The notes beneath the pieces were generated by a model. The model did not search any database. It was not told where the DNA came from and saw nothing but the letters and a program-made list of their open reading frames with translations. Shown in pieces: positions 62,882-64,000 of a stretch of 64,000 nucleotides of DNA; position 1 is the stretch's first letter, and each line of letters starts with the position of its first letter. Source of the DNA: Hydrolagus colliei (lineage: Eukaryota); contig CM068745.1 of the NCBI GenBank assembly GCA_035084275.1, positions 38,502,001 to 38,566,000 on the forward strand. Direction: 5' to 3'. The translations under genes were made by a program, and so were the position numbers.

Positions 62882-63110
62882 TAGCACTATTATTCAAGTC
62901 TTTCTGTGTTCAAAGTTACAACCAAATAAAAATCCATGAGACATCCATCCTTGTTATAGATGCTTCTCGGTATATTATGCAACTCTGCCTACTACACACA
63001 AAAAAGGAATGCTACACATTATCCTAACAACTAACCTATTTGATAATTCCAGCTTGATTTAAGTAGAAACCATTGGTTTTCAATATAATATTGAAAAGAT
63101 TAAAACCTAC

Positions 63111-63239
63111 ATTTGCGGTGGATCTGTAAACATCAAGAATAGCCTTGCATCCTACTGGTAGTTTATTTTGCTCTTCTAGGTAGTGAATATAAGCTTTTAC
63201 TGTCACTGGGGCCCAATCCTTCACAATCGGAATTTCAGC
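63111..63239 (-). CDS. Candidate 129-nt phase-0 exon, or a transposase relic
   Basis: ...ttgtgggtgtag|GCTGAAATT...GCAAAT|gtaggt; the only open frame is AEIPIVKDWAPVTVKAYIHYLEEQNKLPVGCKAILDVYRSTAN; weak acceptor; no recognised homologue. Confidence 0.25.
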
Positions 63240-64000
63240 CTACACCCACAAATAGCCAACAAACCCTTCATCAGTCACCAACAATCAATAAGTGGTGAAA
63301 TTATCCATCATTCACTGATGTAGAATAATTAGTACATTCAGAGTAATCATCACTCAAGTGTATAACATTCCCAGATGCTATGAGTGAAGCTGTACATAAC
63401 AAGAGTTTTCCACAATAAGTGATGTTTACAGGCAGGAGGAAATTGGCCTGGTTCAGATATTCAGCTTAGTGTTAATGGCAACTTATTTGGATTGCCTCGA
63501 AGCAAATCATTGAGGTTAACAGATATTTATGTTGATTAAAGACAAATTTTGTCATTTGATGTTTCACATTTCCCTAAAAACAGTCAGTGGGGACCTTGAC
63601 TTAACTTATCAACCACCAATGCAACACTTTACCAACTGAAATGGAGTGGCAGCTATAAACACGGTTTCTCAATCCGTGGGTCACAAGCCAACATTTGGTC
63701 ACCAGAATGTGTCAAAGGGAAGAAAACAGTTCCAAAAAGTTACGCATTTTACATTTTATTAAAATAAATCAATGGTACTAGTGCTACACTTAGGGTTGGC
63801 AATTGCAGTTTTTTTCACTGCAAAAGAGAGAGAGAGAGAGAGAGTACACTGGAATGGACCAGACAAAGTGAGAGCACAGACATGGAATGGGGCAACAGCC
63901 TGTGACTCAAGGCAGGGAGAGAACCCAGCAATATGTACGTGAGGCTTTGTGGCAGCAAGATCTTCAGATGAAAGATAAGGTGCTTGCAATTTTCTACCCC

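Overview
This is not prokaryotic DNA. It is an AT-rich, CpG-depleted vertebrate window, most likely intronic or intergenic. Its repeat content (abundant L2 and CR1 LINE relics, tRNA-headed Deu-core SINEs including SacSINE1-like copies, a Harbinger nuclease relic) points to a cartilaginous fish; this is inference from recalled repeat families, not a database result. No intact protein-coding gene can be supported. Nearly all ORFs in the track are LINE or transposase relics, repeat-derived, or chance. There are two or three weak candidate exons on the minus strand. The most interesting structure lies in the DNA transposons: (i) a 2.2-kb CpG-rich TIR element (48161-50376) carrying a decayed RTE-clade LINE 3' end, a horizontal-transfer candidate; (ii) two copies of one hAT MITE with perfect 8-bp TSDs but different internal minisatellites; (iii) four Tigger/pogo-type MITEs, one with an acidic repeat ORF and one flanked by CA instead of TA; (iv) a mini-Helitron. 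There is also a recurrent chimeric Deu-core/L2-tail retroposon, a multiply nested CR1, and two foldback palindromes. Boundaries of old LINE/SINE relics are approximate (tens of bp); TIR/TSD coordinates were read base by base.
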